DNA of 64,000 nt from an uncultured Thermococci archaeon (GTDB lineage Archaea > Methanobacteriota_B > Thermococci > Methanofastidiosales > B48-G16): contig CAZQQT010000004.1 of NCBI GenBank assembly GCA_964595645.1, forward strand, positions 64,001 to 128,000, written 5' to 3'. The translations under genes and the position numbers were made by a program. Of the stretch, positions 1-10,028 are shown piece by piece; within the stretch, counting starts at the first letter, position 1; each line of letters starts with the position of its first letter. A model generated the notes under the pieces. The model was given only the letters and a program-made list of their open reading frames with translations, was not told the DNA's origin and did no database searches.

Positions 1-317
1 TCTTTACAGTGTTTGGCAGCAGTGAGCATCTCTTTTCCGGGGAACACGCCCATTTCTTCGCCGATTTTCTGTTCGAGGTACTGAAGAATACCTGCTACTA
101 TCCCAAACTGCAGTCCTCTCGTTCGTATCATATCTGCAAAGTTCATTCGCTCTCCGGTGAGAAGGCCATAGTATCGCTTGGGATCCAGTTCTACACATAC
201 AGCACTCGGTCTTTCGGAGAGGATAATCTCCTCTACTTCCTTCACGCTTTCTTTCAGTACATGAGCGGTTCCCACAATTGTTATCGATTTTTCCTCTGTA
301 AAAATTCGTTTTATCAT
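1..317 (-). CDS. TraB/PrgY-family protein (partial, runs off window start)
   Basis: Manually translated, not in the ORF track: MIKRIFTEEKSITIVGTAHVLKESVKEVEEIILSERPSAVCVELDPKRY...PGKEMLTA. GTAH, VELD and PGxEM motifs are typical of TraB. Confidence 0.85.
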   Translation of the reverse strand, partial: MIKRIFTEEKSITIVGTAHVLKESVKEVEEIILSERPSAVCVELDPKRYYGLLTGERMNFADMIRTRGLQFGIVAGILQYLEQKIGEEMGVFPGKEMLTAAKHCK

Positions 318-319
318 AA

Positions 320-1936
320 CTATTTCTTGCCTTTCTTCTCATGTTCTTGCTTTCTCAGCTCTTTTCTCCTTATTTTACCACTTATAGTTTTAGGAAGATC
401 CTCTACAAACTCTATCTCGCGTGGATACTTGTACGGAGCCGTTATCTCCTTCACGAAGTTCTGAAGTTCCTTCACAAGATCCTCTGAAGGCTCGTATCCA
501 TCGCGCAGGATGATAAAGGCCTTGACGATCTCTCCTCGTACCTCGTGGGGACTTCCAACAACAGCAGCTTCCACCACGGCCTCATGCTTCACCAGAGCGT
601 CTTCCACCTCAAAAGGTCCAATTCTGTAGCCTGCAGAGAGTATTACATCGTCGGCTCTTCCTTCAAACCAGAAGTACCCATCTTCGTCTACTTTCACTAA
701 GTCCTGTGTGTGATACCGTCCATTTTCATCAATTACTTCCTTTGTTTTGTCCGGTTTGTTGTAGTACTCCTTAAATATAGCAGGAGTATCGGTCTTCAGC
801 GTTATCTCACCAATTTCGCCCGGTTTCACCTCTTCACCATTGGGTTTGAGCACTTTGATATCAAGTCCAGGCATTCTCTTTCCCATGGACCCTGGTCTGA
901 CCTCAGGAATTCCCACATAGTTACAGGCGAGACAGCACGTCTCAGTTTGACCGTAGCCATCACGGATTGTAATACCATGTGCATCCTGGAAGTTCTCAAT
1001 CACCTCTCTGTTCAGTGGCTCACCGGCAGAGAGCATGCTTCGGAGAGTGGAAAGATCGTAGTCCTCAAAGTCAGGGACCTGCACCATCATCCGCAGCTCC
1101 GTGGGTGTCACGCAACATATTGTCACAGGATATTTCTCCAGAAGCTCCAGATACTTTTGCGCATCGAACTTCCCGTAGTAGAGCAGATCCGATGCTCCAA
1201 CATTCATGGTAATACCAAGATGGGTCCAGAACCACTTAGCCCAGCCAGGTGATGTCGTTGCCCAGATAAGATCCTCATCCGTCGCACCGTACCAGAAGGG
1301 ATTATTTATCTTTCTGAATGCGTACATCCAAGAATTCATGTGAACAACGCCCTTCGGCAGTCCTGTCGTTCCCGATGTGTAAGAGATGTAGAAAATATCA
1401 TCAATCTTCTTTTTTTCTGCATCGAAGTATCGAGATTCTTTTTTCATGAGCGAGTCGTAGTTCGTCCATCCTGTTTTATCGCCGTCCAGAAGGACATAGT
1501 GCTCAACTGTATCACACTTGTCTCTCACCTCGTCGACTATCTTAGAACCGGAAGTATCCGTAATAATTGCTTTCACGTCGCAATCATTTGCCCTGTACTC
1601 GATGTTGGAAGGTTTCAACATCTCGATGGCGGGAACAATCACCCCTCCAAACTTCACCGTCCCGAGCTGTGCCACATACGTCTCGGGAATCCGTGGGAGC
1701 ATCACCATCACTCGATCATTCCTTTCTAGATCGAGGTTTTTAAGCACGTTCGCGAACTTGTTTGAGAGGTACTTTAATTCCCAGTAACTTACCTGTCGTG
1801 TATCTCCCGCGGCATTTTCCCAGTAAATTGCTGTCTTCGTCTTGTCTTCGGCATATTCGTCAACGGCACTGGCAATATCAAAGTACTCAGGCCAGGCCCA
1901 GCTGAAATCTTTCATCGCTTTTTCGTAATCGACCAT
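320..1936 (-). CDS. Acyl-CoA synthetase (AMP-forming, ACSM/Acs-like)
   Basis: Motifs YTSGTTGLPKG, DGYGQTE, GRADD and LPKTISGKIRR. Confidence 0.95.
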   Translation of the reverse strand: MVDYEKAMKDFSWAWPEYFDIASAVDEYAEDKTKTAIYWENAAGDTRQVSYWELKYLSNKFANVLKNLDLERNDRVMVMLPRIPETYVAQLGTVKFGGVIVPAIEMLKPSNIEYRANDCDVKAIITDTSGSKIVDEVRDKCDTVEHYVLLDGDKTGWTNYDSLMKKESRYFDAEKKKIDDIFYISYTSGTTGLPKGVVHMNSWMYAFRKINNPFWYGATDEDLIWATTSPGWAKWFWTHLGITMNVGASDLLYYGKFDAQKYLELLEKYPVTICCVTPTELRMMVQVPDFEDYDLSTLRSMLSAGEPLNREVIENFQDAHGITIRDGYGQTETCCLACNYVGIPEVRPGSMGKRMPGLDIKVLKPNGEEVKPGEIGEITLKTDTPAIFKEYYNKPDKTKEVIDENGRYHTQDLVKVDEDGYFWFEGRADDVILSAGYRIGPFEVEDALVKHEAVVEAAVVGSPHEVRGEIVKAFIILRDGYEPSEDLVKELQNFVKEITAPYKYPREIEFVEDLPKTISGKIRRKELRKQEHEKKGKK

Positions 1937-2008
1937 GGAATCACCACAAAAAAATGTTCATGAAGCTATAAAAATGTATCTCCACTACCATTTACTTCCT
2001 ACAACCCC

Positions 2009-2989
2009 TCAGACTACATTGACATACTCGTCTATTTTTTCACGTATGTCTCTTGTGTAGCTTTTTATTTCTCTCTTTAGATTCTCTTCATCGATTTTAA
2101 ATCGAGCATTGAACTCTCTTTCCTGTATTGTTGCCGTATATGCTATCTCTTCCTTCACATCGGCATAGTGCTTGAGAAGTCTCTTCATAGGGAATTTAGT
2201 GATTCCACTACTTCCAGCCAGAAGAAGTGGACCTATCAGCGGTGTTTTATCCAGCCATATACCTGTGATGATCTCAAGATGTGGAAAGGCAATCCGTGTC
2301 CTCGCGACGATCTCTGCGTAGTACAGCGAAGCTGGTGAAGGAAACTTCTCGTAGAGTGTTCCCTTTTGAGGATTCAGGGCGTAAAATGTGACTCTATCTA
2401 TTTTATAATCCCGTATCACTGAAAAAAGATTCTCTATTTTCTCTTTTTGCTCTCCGAGACCGAGAATGATTGTAATAGTCGTTTTTAACCCTTGATTTTT
2501 CGCATGATCAAGCATTTTCAGGACTTTGGAGAACGGCTTACTGGGGCAGATGACACTATGAAGATCAAAATCAAAGGTCTCCAGTGCGCCAGTGATACCT
2601 GTTATCTCATCTCCAAACAACGCAATCTCATTCTTACTCATTATCCCGGTATTTAGCCATGGTTTCTGGTATATCTCTGCGATCTTCTCTGCAATTTCTT
2701 GTATCTCTTGCGGAGAGTACACACCGTAGCCTCCAGAGAGAAACTCGATATTCCAGTGGAGATGCTTGCAGAGGAGCACTTCAGCGAGTACGGAATCCAG
2801 TGTCCGTTTCGCCCTTGGGGAGGTATCCAATGTGGACATATAACAGAATTTACAGTCCCGTTTCTCACAGTACCATGAGAGGAAGAGAGCCCGCTCGATG
2901 CTGATTGTGGGGTGATGTCTCCGGGTGAGCCTATCGGCTTCGTGTATGAGATCGAGTACCTCTTCACTCTTCGTATCAGAATTTCTCAT
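2009..2989 (-). CDS. BioB-like radical SAM protein
   Basis: CEKRDCKFC (CX4CX2C), FLSGG and TIILGLGE. Start placed at the ATG overlapping the nitroreductase stop. Confidence 0.8.
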   Translation of the reverse strand: MRNSDTKSEEVLDLIHEADRLTRRHHPTISIERALFLSWYCEKRDCKFCYMSTLDTSPRAKRTLDSVLAEVLLCKHLHWNIEFLSGGYGVYSPQEIQEIAEKIAEIYQKPWLNTGIMSKNEIALFGDEITGITGALETFDFDLHSVICPSKPFSKVLKMLDHAKNQGLKTTITIILGLGEQKEKIENLFSVIRDYKIDRVTFYALNPQKGTLYEKFPSPASLYYAEIVARTRIAFPHLEIITGIWLDKTPLIGPLLLAGSSGITKFPMKRLLKHYADVKEEIAYTATIQEREFNARFKIDEENLKREIKSYTRDIREKIDEYVNVV

Positions 2990-3476
2990 AGGAGACAATA
3001 TCCTCACGTGCTCGTCTCGAGGAGGTAGGCGACTCATCAGGGTAGCCCATCGAGACACAACACACGATACTCATTCTTTCGGGGACATCCAGTAGCTCCT
3101 TTATCTCTCCCTCGAAAGACGCACCTCGAACGCCCATCCAACACGTTCCCAGTCCCTGAGCGTACGCCGCTAAAAGGAGATTTTGGGTGGCTATCGCCGG
3201 ATCCGACAGGTAGTATTTTGGATGCCTCTCTGGATCGCCCAGTACTACGATAACCACAGGACTTTCCGTCATAAACTTTCCGTAAGGGTGCATTTTTGCG
3301 AGTTTCTCTCTCGTTGTCTCATCTTTCACCACGATAAAATGCCATGGCTGCTTATTACTCGCCGATGGTGCCCATCGTGCAGCCTCGAGACATTTGTCGA
3401 TCTTCTCACCCTCCACAGGATCAGAGGTATACTTTCTCACGCTCCGTCTCTCACGTATCGCCTTCAATACATCCAT
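2976..3476 (-). CDS. Nitroreductase family protein
   Basis: Motifs RRSVRKY, APSASNKQPW and GLGTCWMG. Confidence 0.95.
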   Translation of the reverse strand: MDVLKAIRERRSVRKYTSDPVEGEKIDKCLEAARWAPSASNKQPWHFIVVKDETTREKLAKMHPYGKFMTESPVVIVVLGDPERHPKYYLSDPAIATQNLLLAAYAQGLGTCWMGVRGASFEGEIKELLDVPERMSIVCCVSMGYPDESPTSSRRAREDIVSYEKF

Positions 3477-3538
3477 AGTATCATCTCATGTGCATGTGTG
3501 AAGGAGAACTTAATAATCTTCCTCTTCGTTGAGAAAAA

Positions 3539-5416
3539 CTACTCAGAATCACGATCAGTATCGAAGGGTGGAGAGAGAGCCTGGGGATGATAATACTCTG
3601 TGTAATGGTAGCTCTCAGGATGCATATATCGAGGAAAAATCCATTTCAAGAACTTGGAAGGTGATCGTGCCATACTTTTTGCCCAAAATACGTTATATAT
3701 TTTATTTTCTGGAACTTTCGGTCCAAGAAGATAGTAATATCCTCCCGTTGAAACAATAAATGATCGGGTATACCCGTCCTGAAGAGGTTCCAGTGGAGCT
3801 GCCTCAAAGGCGTAGTGAATATACTCTCCCTGATTAAAAACACAGTATGCGTCATCACGCGCTGTAACGGTGTCCAGAATATCCCACGTATGTTTCTCCC
3901 CATGTTTCAGTGCTTGTGTTAGCGGGAGCGTCTTCACAACCAAAGACTCCTCATTGGTGCAATCCATCGCAATATAATCGATTTCGCACATCCCCGCAGA
4001 CATGAAAAGTCGTAGTTTGTTTCCTTTGATTTTGTCGAGATCGATAGTGACAGCCTGGAGTACTCTATCAAAGGGATTCTGTTGGGAATCTGGATATATA
4101 GTATGTATAGTATGCCATGAAGCCTCGTCGTAGTACTGAACCTGGATCCCCATGAAATCGTAAAATCCCTCATCAAATCCTGAGGTGAGATCGTTCTCCT
4201 GTTCGAGTTGATCAATCACGTACTCCTGATTCGGTGTCCCGAGGAGATAGTGCATGATCGACCACAGTACCAAATCTGGGAGATTGCTGTCTCGTGCCGC
4301 GATGAGGAGTGTGGCATGTGAATTGTCAGTTTCTGGAAGCGTGAGGGTAATAGAGTCGGTCAGTTCTTCCTGGAGATCCTTTCGAGAGAGATCAGATGTC
4401 CAGTATCTACCATCGATCTCCTGTAGGAAACCGGTAATATTCCTTCCATAACTGTCAACCGCACACAGTGACTGCGGATTCTCTACAGCATAAATCTTCC
4501 CAGATCGTCCCGCCACAATCTCCATAGTTTGAGGGTGATCGACTGCTGTGAGTCCTACGTAGTTGATCCAAGCCCTTTCTTCGAAGGGCTCAAAGAGAAT
4601 GAAATTGTAGTATCCGTTTCTTGGTTCCACCTGACTCACCATCTGATAGTACATAGACTCGTAGCGGTTGAGGAAGGAATTGGGTATCATCGTTGTTTCA
4701 AATTGATACCCCTCTCCATTCCACGCATAGAGATGGGGACACCATGGATTGTTAACAACTGTAACTATTGTGGTCGCAGCGTCGTTAGCCCCCTCGTTGT
4801 CAGTCACAGTGAGCTCTACCGTCACATTTGTATCATTGCTTACTCCGGGTGCGTGAAATGTCGGAGTTGCAGTATCTGCGTTGGTAAGAGAGGCGTTTCC
4901 TGTAGGATCGTTGGTTATCTGCCAGCTGTAGCTGCTGATGCTCCCATCAGCATCACTGCTTGCAGTACCATCAAGCGTGGTAGTACCGTTCTCAAGCACA
5001 GAATAAGGTCCATTGGCGTCGGCGACCGGAGGAATATTCGCACCTTGTGTTCCTTCCTTGGTATAGCGAAATACCACATGTGCTCCGTTCTTCGTCACGA
5101 TCTTCACCTTTTCATTGCGTTCCGCGGTAAAAGTAATTTCTCCTACACTATCCTGAGGTATAGAGACATGGACATCCAGTGTATCCCCATCAGCGTATAC
5201 TTTATCGATCACCACCTCTTCTTTCGAGAGGTTCCGTATATACGCCGTAGTTCCTTCCACGCTCTCAAGAATTATTTTTTCCAAGGAGGACTCAACTTGT
5301 TTTTCCTTTGCGAATTCGTGTGTCCAGAAGTAGATAGTGACGGATACTGCAAAGACTACGATCGCCATCATCACAACTGCAATTACTGGATTTATCGCCT
5401 CGTTATCCAACTTCAT
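3539..5416 (-). CDS. Large archaeal pilin-like protein with PKD domain and large C-terminal domain
   Basis: Class III-like signal DNEA/INPVIAVVMMAIVV; PKD repeat PPVADANGPY...LDGTASSDADGSISSYSW...LTVTDNEG; then CPHLYAWNG. Confidence 0.75.
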   Translation of the reverse strand: MKLDNEAINPVIAVVMMAIVVFAVSVTIYFWTHEFAKEKQVESSLEKIILESVEGTTAYIRNLSKEEVVIDKVYADGDTLDVHVSIPQDSVGEITFTAERNEKVKIVTKNGAHVVFRYTKEGTQGANIPPVADANGPYSVLENGTTTLDGTASSDADGSISSYSWQITNDPTGNASLTNADTATPTFHAPGVSNDTNVTVELTVTDNEGANDAATTIVTVVNNPWCPHLYAWNGEGYQFETTMIPNSFLNRYESMYYQMVSQVEPRNGYYNFILFEPFEERAWINYVGLTAVDHPQTMEIVAGRSGKIYAVENPQSLCAVDSYGRNITGFLQEIDGRYWTSDLSRKDLQEELTDSITLTLPETDNSHATLLIAARDSNLPDLVLWSIMHYLLGTPNQEYVIDQLEQENDLTSGFDEGFYDFMGIQVQYYDEASWHTIHTIYPDSQQNPFDRVLQAVTIDLDKIKGNKLRLFMSAGMCEIDYIAMDCTNEESLVVKTLPLTQALKHGEKHTWDILDTVTARDDAYCVFNQGEYIHYAFEAAPLEPLQDGYTRSFIVSTGGYYYLLGPKVPENKIYNVFWAKSMARSPSKFLKWIFPRYMHPESYHYTEYYHPQALSPPFDTDRDSE

Positions 5417-5535
5417 CTTTTTACAGATAGTTTTTAAATAATATAAAGCTTTCTAACTCATATAACTCATTATTTTAGGAGTCAAGAAACAGGAATCACA
5501 ACTCTTATGAACACTAAGTGCACAGTGTATACTAG

Positions 5536-5982
5536 ATGGAAAAAATCTACACGATCGGGTACAGCGATAAGACATTTTCACGGTTTGTTCGGATACTCAA
5601 ACAACGGAACATCACACAGGTGGTGGACGTCCGCCACTTCCCCACATCGAAATGGCCGGAGTATGAGAAGGAGAACTTACAAAAAAATCTGTCCAAACAG
5701 GGGATTTCGTATACACACTTAGAAAGCCTAGGTGGATACAGAGATCAGGGATATAGCGAGTATATCGAGACAGAGAAATTTAAAAAAGGTCTGAAAAAAC
5801 TCATCAATTTGGCGAAGAAAAAATCTACAGCCATTATGTGTCTCGAGTCCTACCCATCGGGCTGCCACAGACGATTTATTGCGAGATGTCTAGAGGAAAG
5901 GGGATGGAATATCATTCATCTCGTGGGCAAGAAAGGAACGTGTGAGGACAATGAAAACGAGCAGAGAAGCCTCCCTCTATGA
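5536..5982 (+). CDS. DUF488 family protein
   Basis: Motifs IYTIGYS, VVDVRHFP, LGG and MCLE..P..CHR. Confidence 0.9.
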   Translation: MEKIYTIGYSDKTFSRFVRILKQRNITQVVDVRHFPTSKWPEYEKENLQKNLSKQGISYTHLESLGGYRDQGYSEYIETEKFKKGLKKLINLAKKKSTAIMCLESYPSGCHRRFIARCLEERGWNIIHLVGKKGTCEDNENEQRSLPL

Positions 5983-6958
5983 GAAGATGGAAAACGGAAA
6001 AGTGCAGTGCCGCACCTGCAACAGGTGGTGTGTGATCGCTCCAGCAAAGAAGGGATTCTGTGAGACACGGGAGAACAGAGACGGGATCCTCTATACCCTG
6101 GAGTACGGGCTTGTCTCCTCGCTGAGTATCAATCCCATCGAGAAAAAACCGTTGTACCATTTCTACCCAGGAGGAAAATTTCTGACCGTGGGGAGCTACT
6201 CCTGCACTTTTACCTGCCCATGGTGTCAGAACCACGAAATCACAAAAACAGCTCCAAAAAAGAGGCCGTGGTCCCGAACGCTCAGCCCAGAAGATTTTGT
6301 CTCCAGAGCTGTATTCAATCACTGTACGGGGACGAGCATGAGCTTCTCGGAGCCTACCACCTTCCTCGAATATGCGGTGGATGTCTTTTCACTGGCGAGA
6401 GAAGAAGGTCTTGTGAACACATGCATTACCAATGGCTACTTTACTCCCGAAGCGAGAGAACTGCTCCTCGAGAACTGTGACGCATTCAACATCGACATCA
6501 AAGGTAACGCTACAACTTACGAGGAGTATTGCAACGCCGATGGAGAGAAGGTCTGGGAGAATGTGCGCATCATCACGCAAAAAGCACATGTGGGACTGAC
6601 TACCCTTGTGATACCCGAGGTGAACGACAATGACGAGTGCCTTCATGAGATCGCAGCAAGAATCTCTCGCATTGATCCGGAGATACCATGGCATATCTCC
6701 CGATACTTCCCCGACTACGAGTTCTCTAATCCCAGAACACCGATCGATACATTGGAACGGGCGTATAAGATTGGAAAGGGGGAGGGCCTTCAGTATGTGT
6801 ATATTGGGAATGTGCCCGGCCATAGGTATGAGAGTACCTACTGTCCCTTCTGCGGTGAACAGGTGGTACAACGGCGGGCGTATGTGATAAAAGTAAATCT
6901 TGAAGGGAATACGTGTCCCCAATGTGGGGAGACAATCCCCATTGTTGGTCTCACATGA
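5951..6958 (+). CDS. AmmeMemoRadiSam-type radical SAM enzyme (PflA-like)
   Basis: N-terminal CxxC..C...GFC, NPIEKKPLYHFYPG, CTFTCPWCQN and C-terminal Zn ribbon. Confidence 0.9.
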   Translation: MKTSREASLYEKMENGKVQCRTCNRWCVIAPAKKGFCETRENRDGILYTLEYGLVSSLSINPIEKKPLYHFYPGGKFLTVGSYSCTFTCPWCQNHEITKTAPKKRPWSRTLSPEDFVSRAVFNHCTGTSMSFSEPTTFLEYAVDVFSLAREEGLVNTCITNGYFTPEARELLLENCDAFNIDIKGNATTYEEYCNADGEKVWENVRIITQKAHVGLTTLVIPEVNDNDECLHEIAARISRIDPEIPWHISRYFPDYEFSNPRTPIDTLERAYKIGKGEGLQYVYIGNVPGHRYESTYCPFCGEQVVQRRAYVIKVNLEGNTCPQCGETIPIVGLT

Positions 6959-7187
6959 TCTCGCGTACTAATGTGACAAAACATAGAATAAAACAGAGAG
7001 ACCTTTTTTGAGAAAAAGATAATGTAAAAAGGTTTGATTCTAAAAAAACAAAGAAAAAAACAGTTCAAGAATACTAACATGATTATATAGATTTATAGAA
7101 TGGTGGAAGTATTTATTCCTCTCTTTTTCTTTTAGAAAAAATTTATATTATTTTGAAAAAAAGATAAAAAAAATAGAGAGGTAAAAA

Positions 7188-7655
7188 ATGAAAAAAATGA
7201 GGTTATCACTGCTTGCAGTTACGCTCGTTGTAGCAACTGCATGCACTGAGTGCAGTAGTCAGCACGAAGAAACCGCATTCTCGGATCTTACCGAGGATCT
7301 GTCGTGCATTAGCCCTTATGAACACAATGTCACCGACGAGTTTGTCATAAGATCGCAGGAAGAATACGCCATGCTAACACAGTACCTGTCTACGGCCCCA
7401 GATTGTGCAAATTTCACGCTTCCGTCCATTGATTTCTCAGAAAAGACTCTGTTAGGAAAATACACAACCGGAACGGGCTGCACCATTGATTTTGAACGTC
7501 ACGTGTATAGAAATGATGACGCAAAGACTGTTACATACGTCATTACTGTTATTGAAGAGGGTAACTGCGAGATGTTAGGTATGAGCATGAACTGGATCAC
7601 AATCCCAAAAATACCGCAGGACTACAAAGTTATCTTTGACGTGGAAAAAGAATGA
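7188..7655 (+). CDS. Secreted/lipoprotein-like protein, PrcB C-terminal-like
   Basis: Signal peptide with Cys; VIRSQEEY and LPSIDFSEKTLLG motifs; GAGGT Shine-Dalgarno site. Confidence 0.55.
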   Translation: MKKMRLSLLAVTLVVATACTECSSQHEETAFSDLTEDLSCISPYEHNVTDEFVIRSQEEYAMLTQYLSTAPDCANFTLPSIDFSEKTLLGKYTTGTGCTIDFERHVYRNDDAKTVTYVITVIEEGNCEMLGMSMNWITIPKIPQDYKVIFDVEKE

Positions 7656-7703
7656 TTCCTACATTGAACTTTGTTTACGATAGTATTTACTGATCTGCTT
7701 TAC

Positions 7704-8201
7704 TTAGAGTGTTAGATCGTATCGTTCTTCAGTGAGATACCGACCCCAGATTCGATGTGTTTTCTCCTCAGTTTTTGTGAACCCAAAGGAACGGTAGATA
7801 TGGGCGGCTGCATCGAGAAGGCTCACCGTCCAGAGGAACACCCTGTCGTACCCTGCATTCCTGCTGAACTCAATAGCGTTCTTCACGAGTTTCTTCCCGA
7901 GCTCTTGTCCACGATGCTCGGGATGGATTAGGAGCCATCGTAACTGCGCTTCCTGTGTGGAGTGAGTTACAATGGCAACAGAACCGATAATTGTTTTATT
8001 TTTCTCTGCTATCCAGATACGCTGTCTCTCTCTATCATCGGCGCGTGCAAACTCACATAGTGGAAGGGCGACATACGGCTCAAAGGAGGTATCGAATCCG
8101 TACTCTTCGGCGTAAAGGATACCGTGGAGATAGGTAATATATCCAATATCGCCAGGTTTCAACTCGTTCCGTATTGTAATGGAAGATGTTTCTTGGTTCA
8201 T
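7704..8201 (-). CDS. GNAT N-acetyltransferase
   Basis: Motifs AQLRWLLIHPEHRGQELGKKL and AAAHIYRSFGF. Confidence 0.92.
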   Translation of the reverse strand: MNQETSSITIRNELKPGDIGYITYLHGILYAEEYGFDTSFEPYVALPLCEFARADDRERQRIWIAEKNKTIIGSVAIVTHSTQEAQLRWLLIHPEHRGQELGKKLVKNAIEFSRNAGYDRVFLWTVSLLDAAAHIYRSFGFTKTEEKTHRIWGRYLTEERYDLTL

Positions 8202-8255
8202 AGATACTTTTTTCTGTGAGTTGGAATTATATAAAATTTTGTTGTCAAATTTAAA

Positions 8256-9098
8256 TCATTTGCCGTATCGACGAGTCAGTTCCTTTTTCAGCTCTTCTGC
8301 ATATTCTGCATCAAAGTGTGCCCGTAGCCGTTTTTGTGTAGTACTGTACGAATCAATTGTCTCTTCCTCCAGCATCCTCCCCAACCTAGACTCAATTTTG
8401 TTCAGCCGCGCAATGAGGGTGTGCCGTTCCTTTTCCGGCATGATCGTCGGATCGGTCATGGCGGCGGGACGGACGAAAATGTCCGCTTTCTGGAGATGCT
8501 CCAACGCTTTGAAAGGAAGATCGTAGTACTCTTCCTTTGCACCGGTCCTCTCGGTGAATCCTTCCGGTGTCGCTGCTTTCAACGAGACCCGCACGTAGAG
8601 AAAATCGGCGTATTCTCTCAACTCCTTTACATACACCTCATCCGCACCAAAGAGAACACCATTCGTCTCCAAATAGAAGGGGTACCCACTATCCTTTAAA
8701 CAGTCGAGTACAGCGAGGAGATGTCGTTTCCCAATTGTCGGTTCACATCCAGAAATTCTGAGCTTATCGACAGTCAGATGTTGGTATCTGTCCCATCGCG
8801 TGATGCCCTCCTCAGCCGCATCAATGAGCCATTGCGCTACCTGGCTCGGTGAGTAAAACGTCCCCAAGGTTTCAGGGAAATCTCGGGACCAGTTTGTCCA
8901 GCAGTAGCCACAGCGGAGACAGCAGCCAACAGCATACCCCGTTGCAATGCCTCCGTAGACCGGCACCGAGTAAAAGTCGGAGTATTTTCGTTGCTGTCCG
9001 TCCAATCCTTCACGTGTCACAATATCCTCCGTCGCTTTTGCTAGCTCGAGAGGATCGTATGGCGCAGAAGCGGGAGTTAAGAAGCGTTGATATGCCAT
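8256..9098 (-). CDS. Radical SAM Fe-S oxidoreductase (COG5014-like)
   Basis: GCCLRCGYCW, LRISGCEP and LETNG motifs. Start moved to MAYQRF. Confidence 0.85.
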   Translation of the reverse strand: MAYQRFLTPASAPYDPLELAKATEDIVTREGLDGQQRKYSDFYSVPVYGGIATGYAVGCCLRCGYCWTNWSRDFPETLGTFYSPSQVAQWLIDAAEEGITRWDRYQHLTVDKLRISGCEPTIGKRHLLAVLDCLKDSGYPFYLETNGVLFGADEVYVKELREYADFLYVRVSLKAATPEGFTERTGAKEEYYDLPFKALEHLQKADIFVRPAAMTDPTIMPEKERHTLIARLNKIESRLGRMLEEETIDSYSTTQKRLRAHFDAEYAEELKKELTRRYGK

Positions 9099-9323
9099 TA
9101 TATTCTTGGTATGTATGAATGTTCTTAAGGGTTTGGTGCGCATCGTACACCACGAGGAGAATGATTTAGAGGGATATGGAGGCTCTAAATGTACTGTCAA
9201 GGGTGAAAAGTTATTAGTAGTCATTTGAAACCGGATCTGGAATAAGGCAAGATCTGGTTTCGTAAAAAGAGCATTTTCGGCTCCAAAAAAATTACGTTAT
9301 TTTAGATTTAAAGCCCAAAATAG

Positions 9324-9408
9324 TGCGGGGGATGGGATTCGAACCCATGCATTCCTTCGAAACCGGATCTTAAGTCCGGCGCCTTTGGCCATGCTCGGCA
9401 ACCCCCGC
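9324..9408 (-). tRNA. tRNA-Leu(UAA)
   Basis: GCGGGGG/CCCCCGC-type acceptor stem, anticodon arm CCGGA-CTTAAGA-TCCGG, long variable arm, GGTTCGAATCC. CCA not encoded. Confidence 0.97.
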
Positions 9409-9428
9409 CTCGGAAGTGAAACCCAAAA

Positions 9429-10028
9429 TTAGAGAGGTTTAAAGTCTTCCAGACTGAAACTGGGTTCTTCATCCTCTTTGAGAACACCCCTATGTCGTAA
9501 ATACTCTCGTGCCAAAAGGTAGTAAATGAGTGCGAGCGCCTTTCGTCCCTTATTATTTGTGGGAATAGCAATATCAACATCTACCAACTCATTTTCCGTG
9601 TCACAAAGTGCTACGACAGGAATACCGCTTTCTTCGGCCTCCCTCAATGCACGTTTGTCAGCTCGGGGATCCGTGAGCACGAGCACATCCGGCTCCACAT
9701 AATCCTCACAGTCGGGATTGGTCAGCATGCCAGGTATAAATCGTCCAGTCATAGATGGAATACCCGTGGCTTTGGAAAATGCACGGGCAGGATTATGACC
9801 ATAAACCCTCGTTGCAATCACGAGGACCTTCTGTGGCTCAAACTTTGACAGAAATTGCGCGACATCACGAATTCGCTGATCTGTCACCTTTACGTCCAGT
9901 ACAAACAATCCATCTTTTCTCACTCTGAATATGTATTTGTCCATGTACCCTGTCTTCTGTTGCGTGCCAATATGGATACCAGACATTAGATACTCGTCAA
10001 GAGGTGCTAATAGTTCCTCATCTTCCAT
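9429..10028 (-). CDS. rps2: 30S ribosomal protein S2
   Basis: Motifs YLMSGIHIGT, GRFIPGMLTNP and IPTNNKGRKAL. Confidence 0.98.
   Translation of the reverse strand: MEDEELLAPLDEYLMSGIHIGTQQKTGYMDKYIFRVRKDGLFVLDVKVTDQRIRDVAQFLSKFEPQKVLVIATRVYGHNPARAFSKATGIPSMTGRFIPGMLTNPDCEDYVEPDVLVLTDPRADKRALREAEESGIPVVALCDTENELVDVDIAIPTNNKGRKALALIYYLLAREYLRHRGVLKEDEEPSFSLEDFKPL

Noticed and set aside
4-464. ORF-track calls 4-342 and 9-464
   Set aside because: The real gene is a TraB-family frame starting at 317 on the minus strand.
4529-5437. Long antisense ORFs (also 710-1252, 60493-61014, 61549-62277 and others)
   Set aside because: They are shadows of well-supported genes on the opposite strand and have no motifs.
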